Of a stretch of 64,000 nucleotides of DNA, positions 12,481-25,384 are shown piece after piece. Position 1 is the stretch's first letter, and each line of letters opens with the position of its first letter. A model generated the notes under the pieces. That model was not told the origin of the DNA. It was given only the letters and a program-made list of their open reading frames with translations, and did not search any database. The DNA is from Takakia lepidozioides (lineage: Eukaryota; Plantae; Bryophyta). The stretch lies in assembly GCA_030704615.1 (NCBI GenBank), contig CM060734.1, forward strand, positions 34,472,001-34,536,000, given 5' to 3'. The translations under genes and the position numbers were made by a program.

Positions 12481-13771
12481 GCACGCACACACACACACAG
12501 AGCAAATGGAAATCACATACCGCAGCATCAGAATTGGAATCTTCAGGAACTGTTAGAGACCGTGTCCCATCCATCCAAAAGCCTCCTCGGTTTGACCAGG
12601 CACTTAAAACATCCTCATAATTCAACCTTAAAGATGGCACTTGTCGCAAATCTTCCTCACTTAGTCCCTGAAGGGAACACCGCAACATCTCCTCTGCCTC
12701 TTTCTTAATCTGGTCAGAGTAGCCAACAAAATTCTCAGTCTTCACCTTCCCGGTATAGAATGTGGCAAAGGCACCGCTGCCCCCCTCGCTTTCTACCCCT
12801 CCCCCTCCATCACCAGTTTCAGAGGTACCTCCTGCTTCAGAAGAATCTCCACCATCTCCCTCAAAGGCATCCGAGCTCCCTCTAAGAGCCAAATCAAAAT
12901 TTAACCCATCAATGCTCAAATCTCTGTTTCCGCAAAGATCCATATCACCAAAACCATCCATGCCTGGAATTTCTCCGCTTATGAAGTTCCCAGAATCCCC
13001 TACCAACGATATGGTTCCGTCAATTTCACAGACCAGATCCACTCCAGAATCCAAGTAGTCGTCTGGGTCACATCCATCAGGAACCAGAAACTGATCAGTG
13101 TCATCACTGAGATCTTGCTGCGCTGCTTGCGCTGCCTTGCCTTTGAAATACTCAGCCAACGGATGCGTTGACGTCGAGTGTCCCTCGTGGAAGCCTGCAT
13201 TGTGACCTGGCGATAAGTCAGTGTCATGGGGGTCTGGAATCACGGTTATGAAAGCCGGAACCTCGTGGGTCCTCTCGTCCGGCGCCTCCTCACTCTCGGG
13301 CGGAGTTCCAGGCTCCGGCTTCACCTTGGCATTGAGCGCCTCTCTACGACTTCTGTGGATTTTGTGGGGGGGACCATCATCTCCACCGGGAGAAACTTTC
13401 AAATGTGCGTAAGACCCTCTTAAGTGAGGATGTGGCCGGCTTGTTCTGGACCGCTTTCTGGAGGGCAGGACTTGGGCTCGACGATTTCCCACTCCGTTAT
13501 CATTCTTGGATTTCTTTGAGTGATCAGAGGAAGAACGTCGGTGTATCTTCATCGGGGCTCCACTGGGCGATAATCGAACTCTCTCATGGCGGAGGGCGAG
13601 CGCATTGGCACTGTGCACAGCCCCGTCACATCTCTCACAGAGGTAGGCTTCATCCGCTGCGCAATACAAACGCGCCCTCTGAAGACCACATACATCACAA
13701 GCGCGCGTTGCTCTTCCAGCAAGCGCCATGGCCGTAGCCACACTCCTGTTCCCATTCTTACCAGTCGTCAT
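11257..13771 (-). CDS. CONSTANS-like zinc-finger protein (single B-box + CCT domain; COL16/group III-like); exons 13771-12521, 11666-11448, 11289-11257
   Basis: B-box [41 protein letters not shown]; conserved [13 protein letters not shown]; [46 protein letters not shown]. Phase-0 GT-AG introns at 12520-11667 and 11447-11290; stop TGA at 11259-11257. Confidence 0.93.
12454..12498. repeat. Compound (CT)n/(CA)n microsatellite in COL intron 1
   Basis: ctctctctctctctctctctctctctc gcacgcacacacacacaca is visible directly. Confidence 0.9.
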
Positions 13772-14997
13772 GTCTCTAGTTCCCTCACTACCTTCTGGGA
13801 AAATCCCAATGATCTCTCTCTTCCCTCCCGCACTCGTAAACAAAGGCACTCAAACGGGAGAGATTTTAACCTTCTCACGGCCCACAGTACTGAGACAGTG
13901 ACACATTATATTGTACATACATACACCTTCCTCTGTCACTGGCACTGAATTTCAAAGAAGGAGAAGCCCAACAATTCCTTACTAACAAAAGGACAAGCCC
14001 AACCTGCAATCACCATAGCTGCAGCTGGGATGTTATTCTTCCTCCTCATTCCGCACTCACCTTCCCAATACAGTTCTGACAGTTCAAACTTCAGTTATTC
14101 AAAGAAAAACCAGTAGACTTATCACTTTGTCTTTCTCCTGGAGAACGTGTCGGCAGATTTTTGAACGTACTAAACTAGAGCCAGTGGCTATATAATGCCA
14201 GCCATGAGATATAGAGCTAAAGAAACAGAACTAGAGCTGTCTCAGAAAGACAGAAAGGTCGCCAGAAAGTGCTGCAAAGTAAACCCACAACGTCTACCCA
14301 CTGACTCACAGGGAAGACAAAGAAAGCTCTGAACAAGATCGCAAAATTCCCGCTGTGTGCAGCTGAGCCACGACTAAAACTACGGTTTCCCTATGGCGTG
14401 GAGCCAGCAGCAGCCGGACTAGTCTAACACGAGACTAGTCCAACACGAGACAGAAACGATCTCAAAAGGGAAAGTGAGAGACATGCGAGAGCCAACAGGA
14501 CTGTACATCGTGTGAGGTGAACCACAAGCAGATAAAGTCCACGAAAAGAGAATGGAAAGCTCAGACTGAATGCATATATGGCTTGCTCTGCCTCCTCGTA
14601 ACTCCATAGCACCAGTAAAGATCATACCTGCAGCGAGAGCAGCTCGCCCTCTCCACTCTCACACCACCCTGGGCCCCGCACCCAGACCCCACCGTCTCCC
14701 CCCCTTCCCTTCGGGCCCTCGCCGCCTCGATCCGCATCTCAATTAGGTTTCGCCATGTGCTTTCCGCCAACCTGAGCTCGCCGCCTGGAAAGCGCACCCT
14801 AATATCGACATCTTCTCCGTCGCCCCGTTCCCACTGTCCCCAGCAGAACAGCGACAGCGATGGATGACTGACGCCGAGACCGAATCCTCATCCACAAAGT
14901 ACCGCCGGCTGCACGGAAACCTGGATGAACGCACCTCCTTATTCATCCGTCCGCGGTAAAGAGAAATATCGCGAGAGGATCCCGGCGCGGGCCTGTG

Positions 14998-15093
14998 ATT
15001 GGCCGGGGGGTAACGCTATCCAAACTCTGCACCCTCATTGGCCGCCCAGGTCCTGAAGGTGCCACTCGCTCATTGGCTCTGCCTCGCCATTGG
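14998..15093 (-). promoter_or_regulatory. Cluster of four CCAAT boxes upstream of the COL gene (candidate core promoter)
   Basis: ATTGG on + at 14998, 15037, 15072 and 15089, in a GC-rich segment upstream of a putative 5'UTR intron (donor ~14627, acceptor ~14004). The TSS is not known. Confidence 0.45.
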
Positions 15094-18000
15094 ATATGGC
15101 AGCCCTGTACCTTCTCCGTATACGCCCTTGCCCCGCATACGACAAACCCTAGTTGCCTTTACCCCTACCCGCGGTCACCTTTCCACCCCGGATTTCAGGA
15201 CTGGGGCCTCTCTCTCTCTCTCTTTCTCTCTTTCGCCTGCCCGCTCCTATTTCACATCTTTGATTTGTTGATGGCTGCTTCAAGGATGTCGAGGCTGCAA
15301 TGATATGAGAAATAAAGTTGAGGCATTCAAGGTTTTGCTCGCATTTCGATGCAGAATGTCGTTCACCATGAATTGATCTGAGCCGTGATGAGCGTGGAGC
15401 GTAGGTGTGTTGCACTCACTTTGAAGGGCCCACTAAAAGGTGTCTAGACTCTAGTCTCTACTGACTGCAGATGGCAGGCGTTCTCCCAGGTACATATCAC
15501 GGTACATATCTACTTACGCGTGCTGCTGGCTACCATGCCCACTACTTTACACCCCTGACCTGTGCAGAACTTGACTGCCAGGAACATCCGGTACTCGCGT
15601 TCGTAGTTCCTGTACATTCATGCAAGTTCGATGTCGGACATTGGACGTCAGATTGTTTGTAAAAAGCCAACGCCGACACAAACCCATGTGACTTGCTCTT
15701 CCACTTCGCAGTTCCCAGATACCGATTACTTATGAGCGTCACAAATGCAACATTCCTTGTTTGTTTGTTCGGTAGAAACACAAGGCTGGAGCAATTGATG
15801 CGAACTGCATAAAAAACAGGAAACACCCTGCGTCGGCTAAAAACAGAACTCACTCTTCCTCATCAGATATTCTTGCCCTTCCAACTTGTCTTTTATCGCT
15901 GCTATAACTGCATAACTAAACTAACACTAATAACCAGTGCCACACTCGCCCACAGTTAACCACGGTTAATAACAGTGGGACGCAAGACGCAACGGTACAG
16001 GGCGACCGGGTAGGCCCAGTCGTCGATTACCGGCGCACTGGATGGTGTCGGTGGATGGGCCCACTGCCCTTGTCAGGCTCACTTTATGCAAAAGTGACTC
16101 ACTTATCTCCACACAGCCTAGTAGCCAGCGACCGGCAGACCGGCTGCAAGCGGCGACCACCCGGAACACCTCATTATCATTGTCGGCCTGCCGCCCTGCA
16201 TTTCCTATACTCTTCTGAGGTAGGTACCTACTTCCTCTTTATTTCACTGTGTTGTACTGAGTACACACTACCCACCTCCCTAGCCAAGTAGGTGTACTGT
16301 CTGACGTGTTTTACCTACCCTCTACACAAGATTCCCCTATGTCTACACCTAGGATCATCCTCATGCCTCCATTCATTCATCCACTCGAAGGTGACTCTGT
16401 CTACGAATGGTTCTGTAGAATCTGACTCCGTAGTGTTTTATAGGTAGTCCAGATTTCGACTTGGGAAAATGGGTCCGACAGCTACTTGTACAAAGGAATT
16501 ATGGTGGATAAAATCCGGAATTTTGGCCAAAAAGCGGCGGTACCTAGTTGCCAGCGTGGACCAGTTAAACGTGCCTCCTGGTATTTAGCAACTTTCCTGA
16601 CCCTGCCAGCTCGATATTCTCGCCACATGGGCACTGGGTAGAATTCAAATGTGGCACCGCCTGCGATTCGGAAAAAATGAAAACCAAAACAGGCGTCCGC
16701 TACGTACTGCACGAACAAATGATATTTCTGGATGATTCTGCAATCAAGCCTCTCGTGCACCCCTTGGAGACACGTGTGAGACACCACACGTGTAGCGGCC
16801 ATTGCGCACACGTTCGAGTGGCCCAGGAGCGCCACCGCACTTCCCACAATTCTGTTGACGCGTCCCTCCCTCCACGTTTCACGCCGCCGCGCCGTTGGAT
16901 CCTCCTGTGGCTGCATTACGTCGATAAATTAGAAATACGTTGGTATATATACATATTGAGTTGAGGCCATGTATGTACGTATTTACTAACCCTGCCATGC
17001 TCATCATTTCTCTGAGACATACTGTCCCACATACTGTACGAATTCGCGTGCGTAGCGGCTTTGATGGACAGTTACCGTGAGCATGACGCTCTGCGCGCGA
17101 GACTCATGATGATAACCCTGCCGCACGCCCATTCCAGGAGGGCCACGTGGAAAAATCAATACGATAGATCCGATGCCACCCAAAAAGTGCAGTTTTAGGT
17201 TTTGTTGTTTCTCGTCGATTATCGTCGTCGTCGTCCGGCAGCTATCGTCGTCGTTATCCGTCCGGAATCCAATCTTTGGGGACATGAATACCTAGTCTAG
17301 TGCTAGGTGGTAAATAATATCTTACAGTCGGAAATCCATGGACGAATGAAATGCGCCAGCTTGCCTATCCAAGATTAGTTACTCATTTTTTCGGATTTGG
17401 GAATATTATAGAATTTAGAGATGGATAGGAAGGGCGGCAGGTGACTCATCATCAGCTACTTACCCACAGTCTAACCATACCCTAGAAATCTAACCTGCGG
17501 GGGTCGAACCCAGGCGGGACCGCCCGGAAAAGTGGGCGGAATTAGTCAGCACCGCTGTGAGTGCTGGCGGGCGTGGGCCCCCGGTCATGATGGCGACTTT
17601 CCGAGAGCCAGCGCACACGTGCCAGATGGAGCTACTTTTTGCATGCAACTCTTTCGTTTGCATGCCCGAGTCCCGAGCTCGGGCCTCATTGAATGGTGAG
17701 CTTCCCCATTGCTCTCACCTCGGAGACTGGAGTGCCAGAAAAGAAAAAAGAATGATCGTATAGTGAGAGTCCATGTAAGCAAGGATTATAAGTTATTGTC
17801 TCTGTCATCTCTTTCCCCCGCCATCAATTCTCGTGAAGAGACAAGCTGTTGGATCATTCAAGTTGCAGCTTCCCAATATGCGCTAGATATTTTTAGTGCA
17901 CTTGTCCTGATTTCTAGTTTGTAGTGTGAATAGCTTGCCGAAGCTCTATTCATAGACAAGTAATGATTAGTGAATGGCCCACCATGCAGAGTTTTGTGCT

Positions 18001-19825
18001 GCGAGTACCTATACCGGTAGTAAGGAGTTCGATCTTATAATGGCTACACTTGGACCCCTATATTATCTCGGTGGAGATCAAACTTGTTCCCAATCTCCAA
18101 ATCTGATTTTATTAATGTACAATGTGTGGACAAATTTGCGCTTTTTCGGCCTTTACCTAGAAACAACAAGGGAGAAACTTGTTTACCACATATGGAGGAG
18201 CAGGGTGTACACAGTTGTGTTTTGTCTTTTCCTCGTTCCTCAAAAGAATCCCCTGAGCAAATTCAATCAGTTAGCTGGAGAGTTTTGAAGTGTAATAAAA
18301 TAACCCACCACTGTCAGTAGAACTATCTCTGTGCGCGATTAGCTCAGCTCATGCTTCACCTGGCTGCAGTAAGTCTCATTTTCAAATCCATTACTGCTTC
18401 ACTTCATACTAAACATCCTTGGGGTTATCTAGTGCCTACCAATGGAGGACGAGGCAGGCTTGCTTCCTGCTTGTAAAGTTGCCCCACCGTCATGGTTGCA
18501 CCACATGAAACCTTGTAAGCTGACTTACAAAAAGTGTAAGCAAATTGAACCCGGCGTCCATGGACCACACTCTCATGTAGAAGAAGCAAGTGCGTGGCAT
18601 GGTGAGCAGCCATGGAAATGGGTTGGAGGGTCGTGGCCACAAGTCCAGGGTGTGTCTGACATACGCCCTCACTTTACGCTGGCGGTCCGTTCTTTTCACT
18701 GCACTTTGTGGTTTTTGTGGTTGGGAAGACTGCGTAATATTCATAGAAACCACCTTAGAATATGTGCGTGAGAGCAGGGTGACCATGTTCATGTAAGCAA
18801 GCTTGATCACTGAACACACACCCAGGCTCAGGGTAGAAGTTAGGTATGGTTGACCCAACCCTAGGAATAGGGTTGTAAAGTGTTTTGTTGCAGCTGCTAT
18901 TGAAATGCAGTCAATCATTTTGGATCATGTGTGACAAGGCGGCATCCCTTTTTTCAACAAGAAATATCTTTTTGGATTTTGCCAACCTGATTGACATTCC
19001 TTAGTCTCTGATTTCTCTTCAACTAATTTTGGGTGCAAGCCAGCGTTTGCTGGCTCCTCTTTATTCGAAAGAGCAAACTACGGCTCAAATGTCAAAAATC
19101 GCTAAGCCCCTATTGTGAATAGTAGTGTAGAGTCTATCTTCACACCCGTGCTGTCAATCTCAAAGCACGTAGATATTTGGCCGGGCCCACTCGACCATGG
19201 TCCATAAGCTGCTTGATATTATGATTCAGGGAAGAGTGGCCCATCTGTTCTGGTTTGACAAGTCTGCCAGTCTGCGACATAATTTAAAAACAATTCCGGT
19301 TTTTCCAATTCCGGTTTTCATTTCTTTCGTTTAAGAGTCATACATGTATGGCATGGGCATAATTAGTGGAAAACTTCCATAACTGAGATTCCTAAAAGCT
19401 CTCATTTTTTAATAATTGGGAGTTTATGTCGCGCATTTGGGACAGGGCGCACATGCCCGCAGAGACGCGGGGTCGCCCTCCCCCGCCCCGCCCCCCCCAC
19501 CTGCCAGCCGCGCAACGCGGTCGCAGCCCCACAAGCCGCCCGTGACCGTGCCCGCACGCCGCCCAGCCCGCCCCCGGACCGCGGCCCCGCCCGCCCGCCC
19601 CTCGCCGCTAGGTCCGCCCGCCATCGGGTCCCCAGTGGGTCTGCCCTTGCTGGGTCTGCCCAAGCTCGGTCTGCGCGGTCTGCAGCCCCAAGCAGCCCGA
19701 TCCGCAGACCCAAATGCACCCCAGATGATGTGCCGCCCATCTCACCGTGATGTCCGCGCTGCTATCGGGCCCGCCCGGATTTAGGGCATGGCAGCCGCTG
19801 CCAATCGTGGGCGAAGACTGTTTCA

Positions 19826-22800
19826 TTGATCTTTTCCTCCTCTGGTTTGTTCTGCCAACGCGCTTCCGTCCTGCCAAGAACGTGCGTGTTGTCGTCCTTC
19901 ACTTCCTCCACTTTTCCAGGTCGTATTGCAGGTGCTTTCGAGTGCGCGAAGGGGTACTGCAGTGTCTATGGTAGCGGCGTCGATGCCCAACCAGAAAGCT
20001 TTCTTATACGTCCACTGCGACAATGTCTTCAAACACCAAAAGATGGGCCATTTTCCTGCAAAGACCTTTACTGGAAGAACGAGAGTCGCTCTGGATACAT
20101 GGGCTCTCAAGTGCGGGTCCGCACGGCTTGTATTCCCTGCAGAGAGTCCCGACTTTGTACTTGGAGAGGAGAGTAGAGAACGGGTGTTCCACCCATTTTA
20201 CATAAATGTGCATGTTAACGCGAAGCCTGGACCGTGAAGAGCTTCAAGAGCTAACACATATCTAACCTCTGTCATGTCTGCACCAGATTCCCGCACTGTC
20301 TCTTTGTTCATGCCATGTGCTTGTGCTTGCCGGACATGTACATGCATGATATGTAGATAGGGTTTAGGCTGTCTTACCAGGCTTGCAGAACTCCATGGGT
20401 GTCGATGACATACGACCCTATCCAGGTATCAGTGTTGCTATGGACCAGAGGACAAGCGCACCAACATTTGACTGTCACGGATCCTAAAGTCAAGCGAGGA
20501 GGTCGGACGTTTGGGGCTGGAAGGCAGTAATCCTCACAAAGGTCCAAGACGAAAGAAAAGCCAAATACGGCAGTCTTACAAGCATGGGGTCTCTGTTGTT
20601 TCAAAGTCTCGCAATGTTATCTTGCTCCAGACATTGGGGTCATCACATATTATAACAACATGCAACATCTGGATGTGTCCGGAAAACCCTCTCATGGTGG
20701 ATATGCTGAGTTCCAGTTCAGCCGATATGCTTATGCTCCACATATTAGCAAGGAGCTCAAAAAGTGGATCATGGAATGTTTGTCTCGAGGTCTTGAGTGT
20801 CGCCCAAGTCACGATTGAACACAAGGAGCACGTCATAGCCGAACAGTGCTTGGGAGACGCATGGACACGCAACGACTTTCTTCTCAAGCAATAGATGTCA
20901 ATCTCGCTAAAAAACGAGCCTGGCAGACCTTCAAAAAAACGCTGATGACGCACAATCCCTTGCGTATGTGGAAAGATCAAAACCCGGACTCGGTCTTCTC
21001 TATCATGAGGAATCATTGGCACCCACATTTCAACATTTTTGATGGAGATTTGACCTTCACCATTGGGATTCAGACTCCTTTGCAGCAGCAGAACATATTG
21101 GACTTGGGCCATGCGCGCATCGTAGCTTGCGACGCTACATTTGGAACTAACCATCACAAGGTCTGCCATGGACCCTCTCCATGGCCTTTTGCTAGCATGA
21201 TAGCATACTACAATGGTCTCCCACTCTTGTGGTACATTGCTTATTCGTCCTCAATCCCGATAGACCTAACTATTGTAGACCTTGTCCCAGTACACCCTGT
21301 TCCAGCAGACCTTCCATTGCACTCTGTTTTAGGGCAAACCCTTTTGCGTGTTCACCTTTTTACAGTAGAACCTGTGCCTGTTCACCAAGTTGCAGTACCA
21401 CCCTGTCGTGTTCACCAAGTTGCAATACACCATGTGTGTTTTCACCTATTGCAGTAAGACCCTGTGCCTGTCGGTACGACACTGGTCTGCTAATTACAAA
21501 TTGTCATTTCATGCAGTTCCCCTTATACACTTTGATGGTGTTCGACCAATGGTGAAAACGGAATCCCGGTTGCATACATTTGTCAGCACGCAATCGAACA
21601 TCAGACCTTATCCCGTGGATGCTAGCATTGCGTGATGCCCTCCTTCAGGAAAAGCCCAACTGGCGGCCAATGCCTTCATTGTCGACGACACTGAAGCAGA
21701 AATCAATGCCATCCGGTATGCCACATCCTCATCTGCCTATGGTCTGCCCTATGGTCTGATGTATGGTCCGCTGCAAGGTCTCCATGTCTCTGGTCTGGTA
21801 TGCCACATCTCATTCTGCCCTATGGTTTGCCCTATGGTCCGCTCCAGGGTCTGCTATTGGTCTGCCCTGTTTAATCTCATGCTTGTGCAGTGCTGAATAC
21901 GAATGCCTGGTTCAGGCACTTCTGACTTTGTGGCCGCATGTAGGTCTGTTTTCACATGAGTATGTATTTTCCTTTGCCTTTGGCATGTACGGAAGGCCTG
22001 GGTCAAGCAATCATGCCAGAAAATCAGTGATCCGGCATCCTCAAAACTGTTGGCAGATATGTGCGACCTTATGTACTGCAAAGGTGGACTGCAGAAAGAA
22101 GACAAAGCTGTGAAATGGGTTAAGAAAAAATTGAAGCAATGAAAAAAAATATCCGTCTGGTCAGTTGTTCCTCCACTTCATGTGTACTGGGTTCCCAAAA
22201 TTGCTATGTGGTGTACTGCTGCCCGCAACATTCCACATGCAAGCCAAGATACTAATGCAGCATCGAGGCATACCACGGAACTTAAAGGCGAGACTTAATA
22301 TGGGCAAAGGCAAAATGACCGGTCGAAGAGCCGATTGGCTCATATGGGAGTTGACTGGGCGTGTACTGGTCCACTACTGGTACGGCATTCATCTGAAGAG
22401 GCATGGGTTTATTCGCAACGATAAACAGGAAAAGCACATTTCCAGTGCAATATGTGCAGCCCGTGACATACCTCTTTCACGTGTGACTTTGCCTGCAGCG
22501 CCTGGGCAGCCTGCTACGTGATCAGCTCCTCCGATCCGAATACACGTACACCGTGTTCAATCCAGAGTCGCAGTGGGCCTGCTGCACTTGCCCGTGGGCG
22601 CTAAAAGGCAATCTGTGCAAGCACCAGGTTTGGGTCATAAAGTTGCTAAAACCAGACCTGCAAGACGGTCTCATTGTAAGGACATGTGGTTCCCACTTCG
22701 GTACTGTTCACGGTGGGCTGAGAATTGGACGAACATGACGACATGGCAGCATGCGACCTCGAAAGCGGTAACGTCCGTGCAAGCGCAACCCCGAACACGG

Positions 22801-23192
22801 CAGAGTCATTGCTCACGGCAGACCTGTCGGAAGCTATTTTGAAACGGGAGATAACCGACCTGCTTGACCTTGTACACAATGACGCATACCTTATACACCA
22901 TTGCTTGTCTGCGGTGCGTGTTTGCCGAGGGCAGATGCAGGACATCCTCGTCAAAAAAACTTCCGGCATGTTACACCCGGCTGCAGTACAAGCGTTCAAT
23001 TGTGTAAAAGACAACAACAACATGTCATTGAAGAGGAAAAAGGATTTTGTGGAACATTTTCAAGCTCGGCGGAAAATGAAACTAAATGGGGGGAAACATG
23101 TGTCTGCCCTTCCCCCTATTAGCCATATTTACTCGACTCTGAGGCGGGTGTCTCATCGTCCAGAACTGAGAAAGATGGATCAATCTAACTAA
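19826..23192 (+). pseudogene. MULE (MuDR-family) DDE transposase with SWIM zinc finger; spliced, frameshifted
   Basis: IVACDATFGTNHHK (~21120-21160) / FPLYTLMVFDQW*NGIPVAYI (from ~21517), AFIVDDTEAEINAI (~21672), FLCLWHVRKAW (~21968), QDTNAA.EAYHGTLK (~22246), GRRADWLIWEL, SWIM CTCPWALKGNLCKH (~22580-22625). Confidence 0.85.
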
Positions 23193-23209
23193 GGAAAGGA
23201 CCTGCAGTT

Positions 23210-24135
23210 GTCCAATGCGGTAGATCAATTCTCACCTGCAGTAGACCAATTCGGTAGACCGTTATCGCAGACCACCTGCAGTAGACCAGATCGGCAGACC
23301 GTTATCGCATACCACCTGAAATAGACCAATTCGGCAGACCATGATCGCACACCACCTGCAGTAGACCAGCACTGACTTGTAATAGACCAATGCGGCAGAG
23401 CATCTGCGACTCCCTTAATGTGCTTTTTAAAGGTTTTGATGAAGGAGACCGTGAAGTCAAAAAATGAGCCAAAGTGAACCTGTAAACGAACATAGTAGAG
23501 TAATGAAGCAAGCATAGTTCAATGAAGTAGACCAAAGACAGTACACTCGACTAACGATGGGACTGACTTGTGCCCCGCATTTAGCCGACCACCGAATTTA
23601 GTATACCACTATCTCAAAGAAGCAAACCAACAACCATGGTCCAAACTCAGTCCACTCATGGAGGTAGCAGACCAATAACATTAATTTAGTAGCAGACCAC
23701 GTCGAGGAGTACTGCATACATCGACAGATCAATAACATCGGACCAGCACACCACGTGGACCAGCACACTACTCAATACAAAACGTCGACCAGAAGTAGTA
23801 GCAGTAGACCACGACAACAGACTCATGAAATGTTCCACAGACCATATGAAGCAGACCAATACAGTACAGGGGTAGCCCAAGACAGTACACTTGACTAACG
23901 ATGGGACTGACTTGTGCCACCGAATTTGGTATACCACTATCTCATGTAGGAGACCAACAACCGTGGTCCAAACTAAGTCCACTCCGTGGATTTAGCAGAC
24001 CAATCAGACCACGGCCAGGAGTACAGCATACATCGGTTCACAAGCAGACCACGTGGAGCACTACTCAATACAAAACATCGACCAGAAATGTTTAGCAGTA
24101 GACCACGACAGCAGACTAATGAAATCATCCACAAA
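23210..24135 (+). repeat. AGACC-rich tandem repeats and a diverged ~340-bp-period duplication between transposase and Ulp1
   Basis: cacctgcagtagacc/cggcagacc units at 23230-23400; agacagtacac...gatgggactgacttgtgcc...ggtccaaact... repeated at ~23537 and ~23880. Confidence 0.8.
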
Positions 24136-24239
24136 AGTTTACATCATATATAAAAAAAAACAGACCTGCACCATAGACCACATGACCGAGTTTGTGCAGG
24201 TTCACTGCCCGATTTGGCTCCACTTTCAACGCACATATC

Positions 24240-25236
24240 TCTGAGGGAAAAGCAATGTTGTAATTCTTTGAAAACGACCCACAGTTTGAGTGCAGTATTT
24301 CCACCGAGGACCTCAAATCGCTAGAGAAACAGGAATCCGAGGTTACAGACCAATTGCTTGAGTTGTGGTGTAGGTTTTATCAGAAGGATCTAGATGTCAA
24401 GACATATAATGATGTTGCTATTTTGCCGACGTGGTTTTGGAGTGTAGTGAAGATTCACTGGAGTGCAGGTCAGGAACGGGTTCGCTCGCAGGTGGAGCGC
24501 CACGGATTGACAGTGCATCGTATGGGGAAGGACCTGAAGACCTGCAAGTACATACTGGTACCAATAGTTGATGGGTAAGTGCTCTGCGTTCGTGCGTACC
24601 ACTGTTTCTTTGCCCTTTATCATTGGTCCACCATCACTGGTCTGCAACATTGGACTGCCCAGGTCTACCAGTCTGCTCAATGGGTCTGCCATTTTGATTT
24701 GCAGTTGTTCCCTTGTGCTGATGCGCCCTGCGTTGTGGCAGGTTTCATTGGAGTTTGGTGATTATTGACCGGGTGCTCCGCGTGTTCACTCATCTGAACT
24801 CAATCAAGGAGATGCATAAACCCGTGGAGATATTGCCATGGTTCGAAATGTGTATGGAGCATGTCTTGGCTTGGAGCGGCACACTACGTCATGGGATGAG
24901 GCCACTAGATTCAATTTTCATGTCCCTGAAGTGCCACAACAACCCTTCTCTTGGGAATGTGGCTTTTACGTCATGACCTTTATCGAGGGGATCTACGACT
25001 GGTTGAAGGGCGATTGTGGCAAAGGACTTAGAGAGAGAGGAAAGCCGTTTATCTCAAAAAGGTTTACATTCCGCTATGCTTGCAGGCAACGCCTAAAGTG
25101 TGTTGAGTACATTTTGAAAGCACTAAGTATTATGGAGAATGTAGTTGTAGAAAGGCAGTTGTCATCTAGGAAGATTTTGAAAGTGTCAGACTCTTCCGAA
25201 GTCCGGGTTATTTCATCTAGGCCTGGCAATAAATGA
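24240..25236 (+). pseudogene. Ulp1/SENP-like (peptidase C48) cysteine protease carried by the MULE
   Basis: YILVPIVDG/(intron 24575-24741)/FHWSLVIID...THLNSI and VPQQPFSWECGFYVMTFIE give the His, Asn (usually Asp), Gln and Cys catalytic pattern. One frameshift between the parts. Confidence 0.8.
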
Positions 25237-25384
25237 AAATTCAGGCCAATGGAGCGGACGAACGACAGCCACATGTAACCCAGCAGACCCATGAAGCAGA
25301 CCCATGAAGCAGACCCATACAACCTTTTTGCTGCAAACCCATAGACTTGGTGTGTTCAGAGCATCGCAAGCAGACCAACGACAC

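Noticed and set aside
15400-19390. Numerous 60-140-aa ORFs between the COL gene and the MULE, and at 60878-62056
   Set aside because: No recognisable domains, consistent exon chain or repeat termini; treated as intergenic.
19402-19877. GC-rich ORFs in the MULE TIRs (also 31578-32028, 32006-33468, 56802-57604)
   Set aside because: Artefacts of stop-poor GC-rich TIR and subterminal repeats.
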